A stretch of 64,000 nt of DNA from an uncultured Planctomycetaceae bacterium (GCA_964619675.1 CAZUEO010000005.1:15162-79161); one strand, 5' to 3'; shown: positions 8,090 to 18,975, counted from the first letter of the stretch. The notes: generated from the letters alone by a model not told the origin. A program made the numbers and translations.

Positions 8090-10810
8090 ATGGCTAAGAT
8101 TGAGAAAATGGTTTACTTCTTTGGCGCAGGCAAGGCCGAAGGAAACGCAAAAATGAAGGAGCTCCTCGGCGGCAAGGGAGCAAACCTTGCCGAGATGGCA
8201 AGTCTCGGCGTGCCTGTACCTCCGGGCTTTACAATCACGACAGAGGTATGCACTTATTTTTATCAGAATGAAAGAAAATACCCTGCTCAATTGAAGGTCG
8301 ATGTTGAAAAAGCACTTGCCGGAGTTGAGCAGATAATGGATAAAAAGTTCGGCGATGCCGCCAACCCGCTGCTGGTTTCCGTAAGAAGTGGTGCCAGAAG
8401 CAGTATGCCGGGAATGATGGAGACTGTTCTTAACGTCGGTCTTACTGAAAAAACTATCCCCGGTCTTGTCGCTCTTAGCGGCGATGAGAGATTTGTTTAT
8501 GATGCGTATCGCAGATTGATGATGATGTACAGCGATGTCGTTATGGAAAAGGCGGCAGGGATAGAACCTGCCGACGATATGGGTATCCGCAAGCAGCTTG
8601 AAAGAGTAATGAACGAATTGAAGAAACAAAAAGGCTGCAAAAGCGATGTTGACCTGACCACAGAGGACCTAAAAAACCTGTGCGCCCAATTTAAGGTAAA
8701 AATTAAAGAAGTGCTTAAAAAGGAATTTCCTGATGACCCTATGAAGCAGCTCTGGGGCGGCATCGAAGCGGTCTTTGCATCGTGGGACGGCAAAAGGGCT
8801 ATATCGTACAGGAAGATTGAAGGCATTCCCGATGACTGGGGCACCGCGGTAAACGTTCAGACAATGGTATTCGGCAATATGGGCCAGGATAGCGCTACGG
8901 GTGTGGCCTTTACGCGAAATCCAGGCAACGGTGAGAATAAATTTTACGGCGAATATCTTGTCAACGCACAGGGTGAAGATGTCGTGGCAGGTACAAGGAC
9001 ACCGGCGCCAATAAACGAATCCTCAAAAAGTGAGCATAATAAAGACGAAGTTTCTCTCGAAAAGAAGATGCCCGCGGCTTACAAGGAGTTGTTCGCAATA
9101 CAAGATAAGCTTGAAGAGCACTACCGCGATATGCTTGATATTGAATTTACTATTGAAAACAGCAAGCTGTTTATGCTGCAGTGCCGCGTCGGCAAACGCA
9201 ACGGGCCGGCCGCGGTGCGGATGGCCGTCGATATGCTGAAAGAAAAACTCATCACAAACCAAATGGCTTGTTTACGTGTAACTCCCGCACAGATCGATGA
9301 GCTTTTGCATCCGATTATCGACCCTGTTGCGGAAAGACAGCACAAGGCTGTTGCAAAAGGTCTGCCTGCAGGTCCCGGCGGAGCGAAAGGACAAATCGTT
9401 TTCTCCGCACCCGATGCGGTCGCATGGGCAAAGCAGGGCAAAAAGGTTATTCTCGTCCGCGAAGAAACTAACCCGGAAGACGTTGAAGGTATGCGAGCCG
9501 CTCAGGCTATCTTGACTGCTCGTGGTGGAATGACAAGCCATGCGGCACTGGTTGCAAGAGGCTGGGGCAGGTGCTGCATCGTCGGATGCGGCGTGCTGGA
9601 AGTCGAATATGCTAAAAAGCAGCTTCATGTTGACGGCAAGGTGCTTAAGGAAGGCGACTGGATTACGCTTAACGGCACAAAAGGGCTTGTTTATGAAGGT
9701 CAATTGCCGATGATAGATGCTTCACGGGAAAACAAAGAGCTCGATGACTTCTTGAAAATTTGTGATTCGGTAAGGAAACTCGGCATTCGCACCAATGCTG
9801 AAACGCCTGCCGATGCCGCAAAGGCAAGACAGTTCGGCGCAGAAGGTATAGGCTTATTCAGAACGGAGCATATGTTCTACGGCAAAGGTTCGGATGAAGC
9901 GTTGTTTTTGCTTCGCAAGATGATTATGAGCAATACCAAAGAAGAAAGGCAGAAAGCGATTGACCAGCTTTATCCGTTCGTCAAGAAGGATATAAAAGGC
10001 ACACTTGAGGCGATGGACAATCTGCCGGTGGTAATAAGGCTGCTTGACCCGCCGCTGCATGAGTTTGTACCGCAGGACGCCCAAAAACGGGCAGGCCTTG
10101 CGAAAGAACTTAATATCAACGCCGATGAGTTCAATAAACGTGCTGATTCACTGCACGAATCCAACCCGATGATGGGTCACCGCGGCGTAAGGCTGGGCAT
10201 TACTTATCCCGAAGTAAGCAGGATGCAGATAAAGGCTGTTTTTGAAGCTGCCGCCGAACTGATTAAGGCAGGTAAAAATCCGTATCCTGAAATAATGATA
10301 CCGGTTGTTTGTGATGTGAAGGAAATTGAATTCCAGCTACAAATTGCCAAAGAAGTTTACGCCGAGGTCTGCAAAAAGACCGGCGTTAAAGAAATTCGTC
10401 ATATGTTCGGTACAATGATTGAAATTCCTCGAGCGGCGCTTGTAGCCGGCCAAATTGCCGAAGTTGCCGAATTTTTCAGCTACGGCACAAACGACCTTAC
10501 TCAAATGGGCTTTGGTTTTTCACGCGACGACATTGGCGGTTTTCTGCCGGATTACGTCAGCAAGGGCATTTTGCCGGGCGACCCGTTCCAGAGCATTGAC
10601 CAGGTCGGCATCGGCGAATTAATTAAAATAGGTATCGAGCGCGGCAGGAAAGCCCGCAAAAATCTTGAGGTAGGCATCTGCGGCGAACACGGCGGCGACC
10701 CTGCAAGTATTGAATTTTGCCACAAAGTTGGTATGGATTATGTGTCCTGCTCGCCTTTCAGAGTGCCGATTGCAAGGCTCGCAGCAGCCCAGGCGGCGGT
10801 TAAAAATTGA
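8090..10810 (+). CDS. ppdK: Pyruvate, phosphate dikinase
   Basis: The 906-aa protein has the phosphohistidine swivel motif GGMTSHAALVARGWG and a PEP-utiliser C-terminal TIM barrel (GTNDLTQ). Confidence 0.95.
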   Translation: MAKIEKMVYFFGAGKAEGNAKMKELLGGKGANLAEMASLGVPVPPGFTITTEVCTYFYQNERKYPAQLKVDVEKALAGVEQIMDKKFGDAANPLLVSVRSGARSSMPGMMETVLNVGLTEKTIPGLVALSGDERFVYDAYRRLMMMYSDVVMEKAAGIEPADDMGIRKQLERVMNELKKQKGCKSDVDLTTEDLKNLCAQFKVKIKEVLKKEFPDDPMKQLWGGIEAVFASWDGKRAISYRKIEGIPDDWGTAVNVQTMVFGNMGQDSATGVAFTRNPGNGENKFYGEYLVNAQGEDVVAGTRTPAPINESSKSEHNKDEVSLEKKMPAAYKELFAIQDKLEEHYRDMLDIEFTIENSKLFMLQCRVGKRNGPAAVRMAVDMLKEKLITNQMACLRVTPAQIDELLHPIIDPVAERQHKAVAKGLPAGPGGAKGQIVFSAPDAVAWAKQGKKVILVREETNPEDVEGMRAAQAILTARGGMTSHAALVARGWGRCCIVGCGVLEVEYAKKQLHVDGKVLKEGDWITLNGTKGLVYEGQLPMIDASRENKELDDFLKICDSVRKLGIRTNAETPADAAKARQFGAEGIGLFRTEHMFYGKGSDEALFLLRKMIMSNTKEERQKAIDQLYPFVKKDIKGTLEAMDNLPVVIRLLDPPLHEFVPQDAQKRAGLAKELNINADEFNKRADSLHESNPMMGHRGVRLGITYPEVSRMQIKAVFEAAAELIKAGKNPYPEIMIPVVCDVKEIEFQLQIAKEVYAEVCKKTGVKEIRHMFGTMIEIPRAALVAGQIAEVAEFFSYGTNDLTQMGFGFSRDDIGGFLPDYVSKGILPGDPFQSIDQVGIGELIKIGIERGRKARKNLEVGICGEHGGDPASIEFCHKVGMDYVSCSPFRVPIARLAAAQAAVKN

Positions 10811-10811
10811 T

Positions 10812-10832
10812 TTGAGATTTCAAATTTGAAAT
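10812..10832. repeat. Heptanucleotide tandem array (ttgagat ttcaaat ttgaaat), YTSARAT family
   Basis: Three contiguous 7-nt units lie between the ppdK stop and tRNA-His. The unit family is the same as the arrays around the 4HB gene at 31.9-32.6 kb. Confidence 0.7.
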
Positions 10833-10840
10833 TGGTTAAT

Positions 10841-10915
10841 GGTGGGAGTAGCTCAGTTGGTTAGAGCATCAGATTGTGGATCTGAGGGTCGCGGGTTCGA
10901 TTCCCGTCTCTCACC
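10841..10915 (+). tRNA. tRNA-His (anticodon GTG), with an encoded G-1 and no encoded CCA
   Basis: A manual cloverleaf fold gives acceptor GTGGGAG/CTCTCAC, D arm GCTC..GAGC and anticodon stem TCAGA/TCTGA with loop TTGTGGA. The T arm is GCGGG-TTCGATT-CCCGT, and an extra 5' G pairs with discriminator C. Confidence 0.92.
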
Positions 10916-10920
10916 CGTAG

Positions 10921-10954
10921 AAAGGCGGCGGTTTAAACTGCCGCCTTGTTTATT
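10921..10954. terminator. Bidirectional intrinsic terminator between tRNA-His/ppdK (+) and dnaE (-)
   Basis: The AAGGCGGCGG-tttaaa-CTGCCGCCTT hairpin is flanked by an A-run upstream and TTGTTTATT downstream. Confidence 0.65.
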
Positions 10955-13900
10955 ATCTTGAAAGCTGAAGATTCTGTGCGCCGACGAGATTTTCCATCTG
11001 CCTGCAGAAATCGGTTGAAGGATTAACCGCCAGATTTTTACCCACAGCGGTTTTTATTGTAAGGCCCTTATTCGTTTTTACCGTAACATAAACAGGACTT
11101 CTGCCTCGATGAACTGAGCAGATGCTTTTTATGTGTGCGATTTTTTCTTTTGTTATCTCGGACTCGGCCAGAAGGATATTTATATTTTTTCCCGCCAGCC
11201 TCTGGCTGATACGGTCAAGCTCAATTAACTCATCGCAGATTATCTGCGGCATCTCGCGCGTAAAATCCAACCTGCCTTTTACGAACAAAACCTTATCAAC
11301 TTTGAGGATGTTTGTAAATCGTGCGTAGCAGTCCGACCACATTACAACCTCGCAGCTTCCCTGCAAATCCTCGAGGGTAAAAACGGCCATTTTTGAGCCG
11401 GCATTTCTGCCGTTCTTGGTAACGATGTTGCGGATTTTCTGAACCATTCCGCCGATTACAATTGTTTGACTTTCTCTGTCTTCGGTAAGCTGTGAAGTAT
11501 TCGCTGTGCTGTAAACGCTGATTGTGTCGGCGTATTTGCTCAGCGGATTTTTCGTTACATAAAGGCCGAGCACCTCTTTTTCGTAAGCCAGCATTTGTGT
11601 CTCCGGCCAGGCGGGCACATCAGGCAGTTTCTGGTGGTCTTTTTCGTAATCCGGTTTTGCAGCGCCTGCCTCAAATAGCCCTAATTGGCCCGCAGCGCGG
11701 TCGGTTTGCAGAATAGAACCCGCCTTCATTGCCGTTTCAAGCGCCGCGGTCATTTGTGCCCTGCTTCCGCCGAGCCTGTCGAAAGCTCCTGCCTTTATCA
11801 GGCCTTCGATTACCTGTTTATTGACGAGCCGTAAATCGACGTTCTCGCAGAAATGGAAAAGACTTCTGAATTGTCCCAGTTTTTTTCTTGAGATAATAAT
11901 TTGCTCGACCGCTTTTTCTCCGACACCTTTTACCACTGCCAGCCCGAAGCGTATCATCCCGCTGTCGGTTCTGTGCTGCTGCTGATAGATTACCGTAAAA
12001 TCGGTGAAGCTTTCATTTATGTCCGGCGGGGCAACGTCGATGCCCATCTGCCTGCATTCATTGATATAATCAGCCACCTTGTCGACATCGCCTTTTTCAT
12101 AGGTCAAAAGCGAAGCCATAAACTCTATCGGCCAGTAAACCTTCAGATAAGCGGTCTGAAAGGCGATGATTGAGTAACGTGTCGCGTGGCTTTTATTGAA
12201 GCCATAGCCTGCGAAGCGGTGTATAAGCTCAAAAATTTCATTTGCCTTTTCCCCGCTCAGACCTTTGCCGCCGCAGCCCTCGATGAATTTATGCTTTTGT
12301 TTTGAAATCACAGAGCCCTGTTTCTTGCTGATTGCCTTGATAAGCGTATAAGCCTGCCGCAGCGGTATATCGCCCAGCAGATTGCAGATTCGCATTACCT
12401 GTTCCTGATAGACCATAATGCCGAAGGTTTCCGCAAGCACATCTTCCATAATTTTGTGCGGCACGGACCATTTTGCCCCGTGTTTGCGGTCTATAAAGTC
12501 GCCGATTAGAGCCATCGGCCCCGGCCGGTAAAGCGCATTTGCCGCGATAAGCTCTTCAATACGGTCGGGACGCAATCGCATAAGCAAATCCTGCATACCG
12601 CCCGATTCGAACTGGAATATCCCTTTTGTTCTGCCGGCTGCGAAGACCTCAAAGACCTTCGGGTCGGTAAGGTCGATTTTTTCAATGTCGATTTTTTCGC
12701 CGTGAATCGATTCTACAAGTTCGATGGTTCGCTGAATAACGCTTAATGTCCGCAGGCCTAAAAAGTCCATTTTTAAAAGGCCGATTTTGTCTATCACAGG
12801 CCCTTCAAACTGCGTAATGATGTCTTCCGATTTCGGGTCGCGGTACAGCGGCACAAAATTCGTCAAAGGCTCATCGGCGATGACAACGCCGCAGGCGTGA
12901 ACTGAAGCGTGTCTCGTAAGACCTTCAAGCCTTTTACCTATCTCGATAACTTTTCTTGTTGTTGGGTTTGAATCATAGGCTTTTTTGAAGTCTGGTTCCT
13001 GCTTTAAAGCGTCTTCAAGTGTTATGCCGAGACTTGCCGGTACCATTTTTGCCAGCCTGTCGGCCTCGGCCAGCGGCACATCCAGCACCCTGCATACATC
13101 GCGGATTACAGCGCGGGCCTTCATTGTTCCGAAGGTGATTATCTGTGCGATGTGGCCGTATTTTCTGCGGACGTATTCAAGCGTTTTTGCCCTGCCGTCC
13201 TGGCAAATATCGATATCGATGTCAGGCATTTCATTTCGCTGCGGGTCCATAAAGCGCTCAAAGAGCAGGTCATAGCGAATCGGGTCAACGTTGCACAATC
13301 CCAGACAGTATCCGACTACCGTGCCGACTCCGCTGCCGCGTGCGCCGGTCGGGATGTTGTTCTCCGCCGCGTATCTGCAGAAGTCCCAGACAATCAAAAA
13401 ATAACTCGAAAAGCCTTTGCTCTCGATAACTTCAAGTTCGCGGTCAAGCCGCTGTTTTATTTCATCGGTGATTTTGCCATATCGCTTTTTCGCGCCTTCA
13501 TAGCATAGTTTCGTAAGAAATTCTTCAGGCGTTGAGCCGTCCTGCGGCCTGAATGTAGGCGAATGACGGTTTTTTGTGTCGATTTCAACGTTGCATCTGG
13601 CCGCGACAATCAAAGTATTATCGCAGGCCTCCGGAACGTCAGAGAACATTTCCCGCATTTGTTGGGGCGATTTAAAAAATACATCGGGTGGGTAAGTCAT
13701 TCTGTTTGTTTCTGTTACTCGTTTGCCGGTGCTTATGCAGGTAAGTGCATCGTGTGCCTCCCAGTCGTCGGCGTCTAAAAAATGTACATCGTTTGTCGCA
13801 AGTAACGGCAGCGACATCTTTTGCGCCAAATCCTTCACAGCCTCTCTAACGTGCGGTGCATCGCTCGGCTCGTGCTGCTGAATCTCGAGGAAAAATCTCT

Positions 13901-14414
13901 CGCTGCCGAATATTTTCAGATAATCTTCAACTGCTTTCCTGGCGGATTCAATATCCTGTTTTGCAAGGGCGGCGTTGACCTCGCCTTTCATACAAGCCGT
14001 TGAGCAGATAAGGCCTTCATTAAGTTGTGCCAGAATTTCTTTGTCGATTCGAGGCCGGTAATAAAAGCCTTCCGTATAACCGATACTTGCGAGCTTGAGC
14101 AGGTTGCGATAGCCGGTATTGTTTTCTGCCAGCAGAATAAGATGATATGCGGCGTTAGCGATTGAGGATTTTTGCCTATTGAAGCGCGAGTCCGGTGCAA
14201 CGTAAGCCTCGATTCCGATGATTGGTTTGATGTTTGCTGCCAGCGCTGCGGTGTAGAAATCGACGACGCCAAACATATTCCCGTGGTCGGTTATAGCTGC
14301 ACAGTCCATCCCCATTTCGCTGCATCGGCCAAAAAGCCTTTTCGGCACAATCGCCCCATCCAGCAGCGAAAACTGCGTATGCAGGTGCAAATGCGTAAAT
14401 CCCTTCTCCGCCAT
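10953..14414 (-). CDS. dnaE: DNA polymerase III alpha subunit
   Basis: The 1153-aa protein has an N-terminal PHP domain (FTHLHLHTQFSLLDGA), polymerase core motifs and an OB fold near the C-terminus. Confidence 0.95.
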   Translation of the reverse strand: MAEKGFTHLHLHTQFSLLDGAIVPKRLFGRCSEMGMDCAAITDHGNMFGVVDFYTAALAANIKPIIGIEAYVAPDSRFNRQKSSIANAAYHLILLAENNTGYRNLLKLASIGYTEGFYYRPRIDKEILAQLNEGLICSTACMKGEVNAALAKQDIESARKAVEDYLKIFGSERFFLEIQQHEPSDAPHVREAVKDLAQKMSLPLLATNDVHFLDADDWEAHDALTCISTGKRVTETNRMTYPPDVFFKSPQQMREMFSDVPEACDNTLIVAARCNVEIDTKNRHSPTFRPQDGSTPEEFLTKLCYEGAKKRYGKITDEIKQRLDRELEVIESKGFSSYFLIVWDFCRYAAENNIPTGARGSGVGTVVGYCLGLCNVDPIRYDLLFERFMDPQRNEMPDIDIDICQDGRAKTLEYVRRKYGHIAQIITFGTMKARAVIRDVCRVLDVPLAEADRLAKMVPASLGITLEDALKQEPDFKKAYDSNPTTRKVIEIGKRLEGLTRHASVHACGVVIADEPLTNFVPLYRDPKSEDIITQFEGPVIDKIGLLKMDFLGLRTLSVIQRTIELVESIHGEKIDIEKIDLTDPKVFEVFAAGRTKGIFQFESGGMQDLLMRLRPDRIEELIAANALYRPGPMALIGDFIDRKHGAKWSVPHKIMEDVLAETFGIMVYQEQVMRICNLLGDIPLRQAYTLIKAISKKQGSVISKQKHKFIEGCGGKGLSGEKANEIFELIHRFAGYGFNKSHATRYSIIAFQTAYLKVYWPIEFMASLLTYEKGDVDKVADYINECRQMGIDVAPPDINESFTDFTVIYQQQHRTDSGMIRFGLAVVKGVGEKAVEQIIISRKKLGQFRSLFHFCENVDLRLVNKQVIEGLIKAGAFDRLGGSRAQMTAALETAMKAGSILQTDRAAGQLGLFEAGAAKPDYEKDHQKLPDVPAWPETQMLAYEKEVLGLYVTKNPLSKYADTISVYSTANTSQLTEDRESQTIVIGGMVQKIRNIVTKNGRNAGSKMAVFTLEDLQGSCEVVMWSDCYARFTNILKVDKVLFVKGRLDFTREMPQIICDELIELDRISQRLAGKNINILLAESEITKEKIAHIKSICSVHRGRSPVYVTVKTNKGLTIKTAVGKNLAVNPSTDFCRQMENLVGAQNLQLSR

Positions 14415-14537
14415 ATCTTATGACCTTATGGATAATACGATAGTTCTTTTAATTGTCGCTTATTATAGAATCAGGAAGGACAATGGGGAAAAGAAAAAAT
14501 TAAATTTGTTGCCTCAGGCCTTTAAATTTTTAATTTT

Positions 14538-17500
14538 TTATCTTTGGAGGGCTTCTGACACACCGAGCAGCGAATCGGCTCTTCTGCAGCATTGCTCAAA
14601 AAATGCCTCCAGCCGGGTCTGAAATGTTACGTCTTCCGAGCCGTCGAAACTTATATTGAGTATCGGCATATAGTTACAGTCTTTGCTTATCTGCGGCGTT
14701 ATACTGCTGACGATTGTCGAGGGCATACAGCTGAAAGGCATAACATTTACCACACCGCTGTAGCCCTCGTGGAAAAACTCGACAGTTTTGGCGATACTCA
14801 AAATCGCCTCGCCTTCAAATGAATCATCCATATAAGGCCTGCTGCAGTGCAGAAGCTCTGTAATACTGTTGTCCGTCAATCTGCCGAATCTCTTTTCAAG
14901 CGGTGCAGCAAGTGATTTTTCTATCCGGTGTTCCAGGAAGTCGGTTGTAAGATTAACAAGATAGTTTTTGAATTCCCTGTTTCTTTTTGCTGTGGCTAAT
15001 CTTGTGAAGTTTGTGTAATAAATCCATTCGGCAAGCGAAGCAAGCGAGCAAACTGCCCCAAGCTCTTCGAGCCGCTTTATTATATTGTTGTTGGCGAAGG
15101 GATGACTTCTGACATAAATTTCGCCGACAATGCCTATCCTGGGTTTACGGGCGGTATAATCAAACTCAATCTGAGAAAATCTCTTCGCAATGTCGGCCAT
15201 AAGCTTCTTCCTCTGCCCGAAAGAATCTTTGTTTTCCGCAGCTTCTATCCAAAGCTTCAGACGTTCGTTATAAATCTGCTCAACAATATTTTTATCTTTT
15301 GCATAGGGTCGTACCTTTAAAAGAAGTTTGCCCATAAGGTCAATACCAACCATTGCAAACCAGGCATCGAGCATGAATCTTGAACGTCTCTTGTCTGTCG
15401 AACCGGCAAATTCCTCATAAAAGGTTGTATCCTGATTCGGCGAAATAATCTCAGCTTCGTCCATGCCCGCATATCCAAGCACAAGTCTTTGCAGACAATT
15501 GTACAGTCCAAGCCTGCATGGTCCGGAAGCGGAAGGCATGAAAAATGCGCTCTTTGCCGGGTCAAAATCTTTCCTTTGCGCGGCAACAAGCATATCGCCG
15601 GTTGTTATCGCACAGGGCAGGCATTCTTTGCCGGTTGTAAATTTTCTGCCGATGAGCAATCCCTGTTCATCGGCGCATTTCATAACTTTCGCGTTCCTGC
15701 CGTGAGCTTTCATTGCCGCTGCCATCCCGTAAGAGCAATCGCTCATATAAGGAATAAATATCTTTCGGTTACCGATGGCCTGCGAAGTATTTTTCACCTC
15801 AATTTTTGCCGCTTGTTTTGGCTTGTAGTGGCTGAGGCTGTCGAGGAAGGCTTCAAGCCTGGTAACAAGCCCCGCATCGGCGGAGTGTTCATCCAGCTCA
15901 AGAAACAGACAGGGTTTATCGGCCATGATGTTCTTGAAGAACGTCATCAGGAAAGAATCCGGTCCGCAGCTGAAATTCGACAGATACACTGCGAACAATC
16001 GCTTGTCCTGTTTTATAATTTCAGCGGCTCGCAGAATTTTCTGTCCTAAGCCCCAGTAAACGCTGCTGTGCAAAGCCTCATCGCCGATGGGCGCATCAGC
16101 GAAAGAGAGCATATCCATTGGTATTATGTCAACCCCCAGCCCGGCAAGCTTGTCCGCAAGACGCAGGTTTATATGGCTGTCGCAGCTGTTGTAAGGCCTG
16201 CCGATAAGTACAAACAGCCTGCCCGTATCGTCAGTCGAAGACAGAAGCTGGCGGCCTTTTTCAATAAGGCTCTTTTCAAATGCCTTTTGTGCCGCAAGGG
16301 CTTCCTGGAGCGCCTTTTTCGCCGGCGCCGGTTTTATTTTTAGTTGCGCTGCAAGTTTTACAAAGCTTTTGACCAGCTCTTTCCTGCCGTCGCCCAGCCG
16401 TATAACAGGCGAAAGTATTCTGCTGGCGCCCAGTTTGCCGGCAAATGCTGCTTTTACCTGATACGGCAGAGACTGGACATAAGGACAGAGCTTCGATGTC
16501 CTGTTCAGCTCAAAGGTGTTTTCAAGCGTTACAATGCTCGGCAGAAAGATATATTCAACTTCCTGCTCAATGAGTTCTGCAATATGACCAAAAGCGACCT
16601 TAACCGGAAAACAAGGTTCTGCCGTAACCGATTCAATGCCGCTTTTGACAGTTGACCTGCCGGAAGGCTGCGTTATGTAAGGCTCAAAGCCCATGCTTTT
16701 GAAAAATACGTTGAACAGCGGCAAATACTGCCAGTTTGCAAGGGCCATAGGTATACCGATTTTTTCCTTGCGTGTGACATCGGTTGGTTCATCGAGTCTT
16801 GCAAAACGCCGCAGCATCTGCTGGCGGTATTCAAAAGCGGGTGCTGACTTTTTGCGTTTTTTTGTCTTTGATACGTTATACCTGTCGCATCGCGAACCGT
16901 AATACAGCGGCTCACAGCCGGGCAGACTGACTTTTTTGATTTCACAATTATTCGAGCAATGCTCGCAGGTAAAGGTCTCGACCTCGTATTTAACCCCGAC
17001 AAGATTTTCGAAGCCTCTGAACCTGCTGGCGGCAGACGTGTTTTTCTCTTTCTGTTTTTTCATAAAATCTGCTGCGATTGCAGCGGCGCCGAGTGCGCCG
17101 GTTACCTCATGATGGTCCGGCACGCGGACGGGCTTGCCGAGAATTTTTTCAAACGCTGCCCAGACGGCCTTGTTAAATGCCGTTCCTCCCTGGAAAAAGA
17201 TATTATCACCGAGTTTTCTCCTGCCGACGACGCGATTGAGATAATTGGTTGCTATCGAATAGGCAAGTCCTGCGACGAGGTCTTTTGTCTCGGCTCCCTG
17301 CTGCTGATAATCAAGCAGGTCGGATTCCATAAACACCGTGCATCTTTCACCGAGTTTTATAGGTGCAGCGCTTTGAAAGGCAAGAGCTGCAAATTCGTCC
17401 TTTATGCTTATGTCGAGTCTTTCAGCCTGTTCTTCGAGAAACGAGCCTGTTCCCGCAGCGCAGGCGTGATTCATCTCGAAGTCAACAACAACACCGTCTT

Positions 17501-18908
17501 TGAGAGCGATGAACTTGCTGTCCTGCCCGCCGATTTCAAAGATAGTATCAACTGCGGGATTTACGATAGCAGCGCCGGTTGCCTGAGCGGTAATTTCATT
17601 TATCACGATGTCGGCGCCTATGAAATCGCCTGTAAGGTACCTGCCCGACCCTGTCGTCGCAGCGCCCTTTATTTCCACTCGCTCGCCGATTTCCTCGACA
17701 ACCATCTGCAGACCTTTTTTAACCGCCTCAAGCGGTCTGCCTGCCGTCATAAGATAAGCTTTTGCGAGCACATTATTTTGACTGTCGGACACAACGACGT
17801 TTGTGCTTATACTGCCGACGTCGACACCGAGATACGCCTTGATTTTTTCTTTGCCCTCTGGCGGCAATCGACGAATATCACCCTTTGGCGGAGCGAAAGA
17901 TGGTTTTGAAAGAGCCTCTCTGCGGCCAGCGTGCTCGAGAATTTCTTTCTGCGAATTAAGATATTCATACAATCCGTCAATTTTTAACTTGCCCGCCTCG
18001 GCTTTCGCCGAAGGCGAGGCCGGGCGGTTAGTTTTATTTGCAGCAAGTATTGCTCCGATTGCGCCGGTAAAGAAATGTTCTTTAGGAACTATAATTTGGC
18101 TGCTCTGGAGGCCGAGTGCCTGTTCGATTGCACGAGCTACTCCTGCGTTGGCTGCTACGCCGCCGGTAAAAATCACCGGCTTTACGAGTTCCCTGCCCCT
18201 GCCGAGATTGCTCTTTAAATTTCTGGCAAGAGCAAGACAAAGTCCTGCGATTATTTCTTCGGTGGGAGTGGCCTGCTGCTGGAGATGAATCATATCGCTT
18301 TTGGCAAAAACAGAACATCTGCCGGCAAGGGTCGGGACATTTTTTGCCGAGAGCGCCATTTTTCCGAATTCGTTTTCGATGTTGACGCCGAGCCGCTGTG
18401 CCTGCTGGTCGAGAAACGAGCCGGTCCCTGCCGCACAGGCGCTGTTCAGTGCGAAATCCGCCGGTGCCAGCCGGCCGTTTTCGGTCTTGAGGAAAATAAG
18501 CTTGCTGTCCTGGCCGCCCATCTCGATTACCGTTGCCTGGCTGAAATGCGGATACAAATTTATAATCGCCAAGGCCTGAGCCGAGACCTCATTGACATAA
18601 GGAATATCGAGCAGCGATGCTATCAGTCTCGATGCCGAGCCTGTAGCGGCGGCGGCTTCTATCCTGCTGATGTTTATGATTTTAAAAAGCTCATCGAGCT
18701 GCCCAGCGAGCATTTGAGCCGCTCTGCCTTTTGTACGCTGGTAGCTGCTGTAAATAATTTTCTGCTGCCCGTCAAGTACAACTACATCAGAGCTTGTCGA
18801 ACCAATATCGATACCGAGGCGAAAGCCTCCCTCGCCTTTGGCCGGTTCAGGTTTGTAAACAGGCACCGATGCCCAGCGGATTTTTTCAGGTCGATTTTTT
18901 GGCTGCAT
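14538..18908 (-). CDS. Giant fusion of two BadF/BadG/BcrA/BcrD-type ATPase (activase) modules with a 2-hydroxyacyl-CoA-dehydratase-like/DUF2229 C-terminal region
   Basis: Two ASKHA ATPase repeats are present (GIDIGSTSSD.., GVDVGSISTN.., each with an ACAAGTGSFL cluster-ligand motif). A Cys-rich linker (CEHCSNNCE) and a roughly 750-aa dehydratase-component-like region follow. Confidence 0.8.
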   Translation of the reverse strand: MQPKNRPEKIRWASVPVYKPEPAKGEGGFRLGIDIGSTSSDVVVLDGQQKIIYSSYQRTKGRAAQMLAGQLDELFKIINISRIEAAAATGSASRLIASLLDIPYVNEVSAQALAIINLYPHFSQATVIEMGGQDSKLIFLKTENGRLAPADFALNSACAAGTGSFLDQQAQRLGVNIENEFGKMALSAKNVPTLAGRCSVFAKSDMIHLQQQATPTEEIIAGLCLALARNLKSNLGRGRELVKPVIFTGGVAANAGVARAIEQALGLQSSQIIVPKEHFFTGAIGAILAANKTNRPASPSAKAEAGKLKIDGLYEYLNSQKEILEHAGRREALSKPSFAPPKGDIRRLPPEGKEKIKAYLGVDVGSISTNVVVSDSQNNVLAKAYLMTAGRPLEAVKKGLQMVVEEIGERVEIKGAATTGSGRYLTGDFIGADIVINEITAQATGAAIVNPAVDTIFEIGGQDSKFIALKDGVVVDFEMNHACAAGTGSFLEEQAERLDISIKDEFAALAFQSAAPIKLGERCTVFMESDLLDYQQQGAETKDLVAGLAYSIATNYLNRVVGRRKLGDNIFFQGGTAFNKAVWAAFEKILGKPVRVPDHHEVTGALGAAAIAADFMKKQKEKNTSAASRFRGFENLVGVKYEVETFTCEHCSNNCEIKKVSLPGCEPLYYGSRCDRYNVSKTKKRKKSAPAFEYRQQMLRRFARLDEPTDVTRKEKIGIPMALANWQYLPLFNVFFKSMGFEPYITQPSGRSTVKSGIESVTAEPCFPVKVAFGHIAELIEQEVEYIFLPSIVTLENTFELNRTSKLCPYVQSLPYQVKAAFAGKLGASRILSPVIRLGDGRKELVKSFVKLAAQLKIKPAPAKKALQEALAAQKAFEKSLIEKGRQLLSSTDDTGRLFVLIGRPYNSCDSHINLRLADKLAGLGVDIIPMDMLSFADAPIGDEALHSSVYWGLGQKILRAAEIIKQDKRLFAVYLSNFSCGPDSFLMTFFKNIMADKPCLFLELDEHSADAGLVTRLEAFLDSLSHYKPKQAAKIEVKNTSQAIGNRKIFIPYMSDCSYGMAAAMKAHGRNAKVMKCADEQGLLIGRKFTTGKECLPCAITTGDMLVAAQRKDFDPAKSAFFMPSASGPCRLGLYNCLQRLVLGYAGMDEAEIISPNQDTTFYEEFAGSTDKRRSRFMLDAWFAMVGIDLMGKLLLKVRPYAKDKNIVEQIYNERLKLWIEAAENKDSFGQRKKLMADIAKRFSQIEFDYTARKPRIGIVGEIYVRSHPFANNNIIKRLEELGAVCSLASLAEWIYYTNFTRLATAKRNREFKNYLVNLTTDFLEHRIEKSLAAPLEKRFGRLTDNSITELLHCSRPYMDDSFEGEAILSIAKTVEFFHEGYSGVVNVMPFSCMPSTIVSSITPQISKDCNYMPILNISFDGSEDVTFQTRLEAFFEQCCRRADSLLGVSEALQR

Positions 18909-18975
18909 TTCTTAAACTCTTCAAATTCCAACAAGCCGGGGCGTATTATATATGAGGCTGGAGGATATTTCAATC

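Noticed and set aside
8072-8629. Minus-strand ORF of 185 aa overlapping the ppdK 5' region
   Set aside because: It is antisense to ppdK, shows no motifs and has no RBS context.
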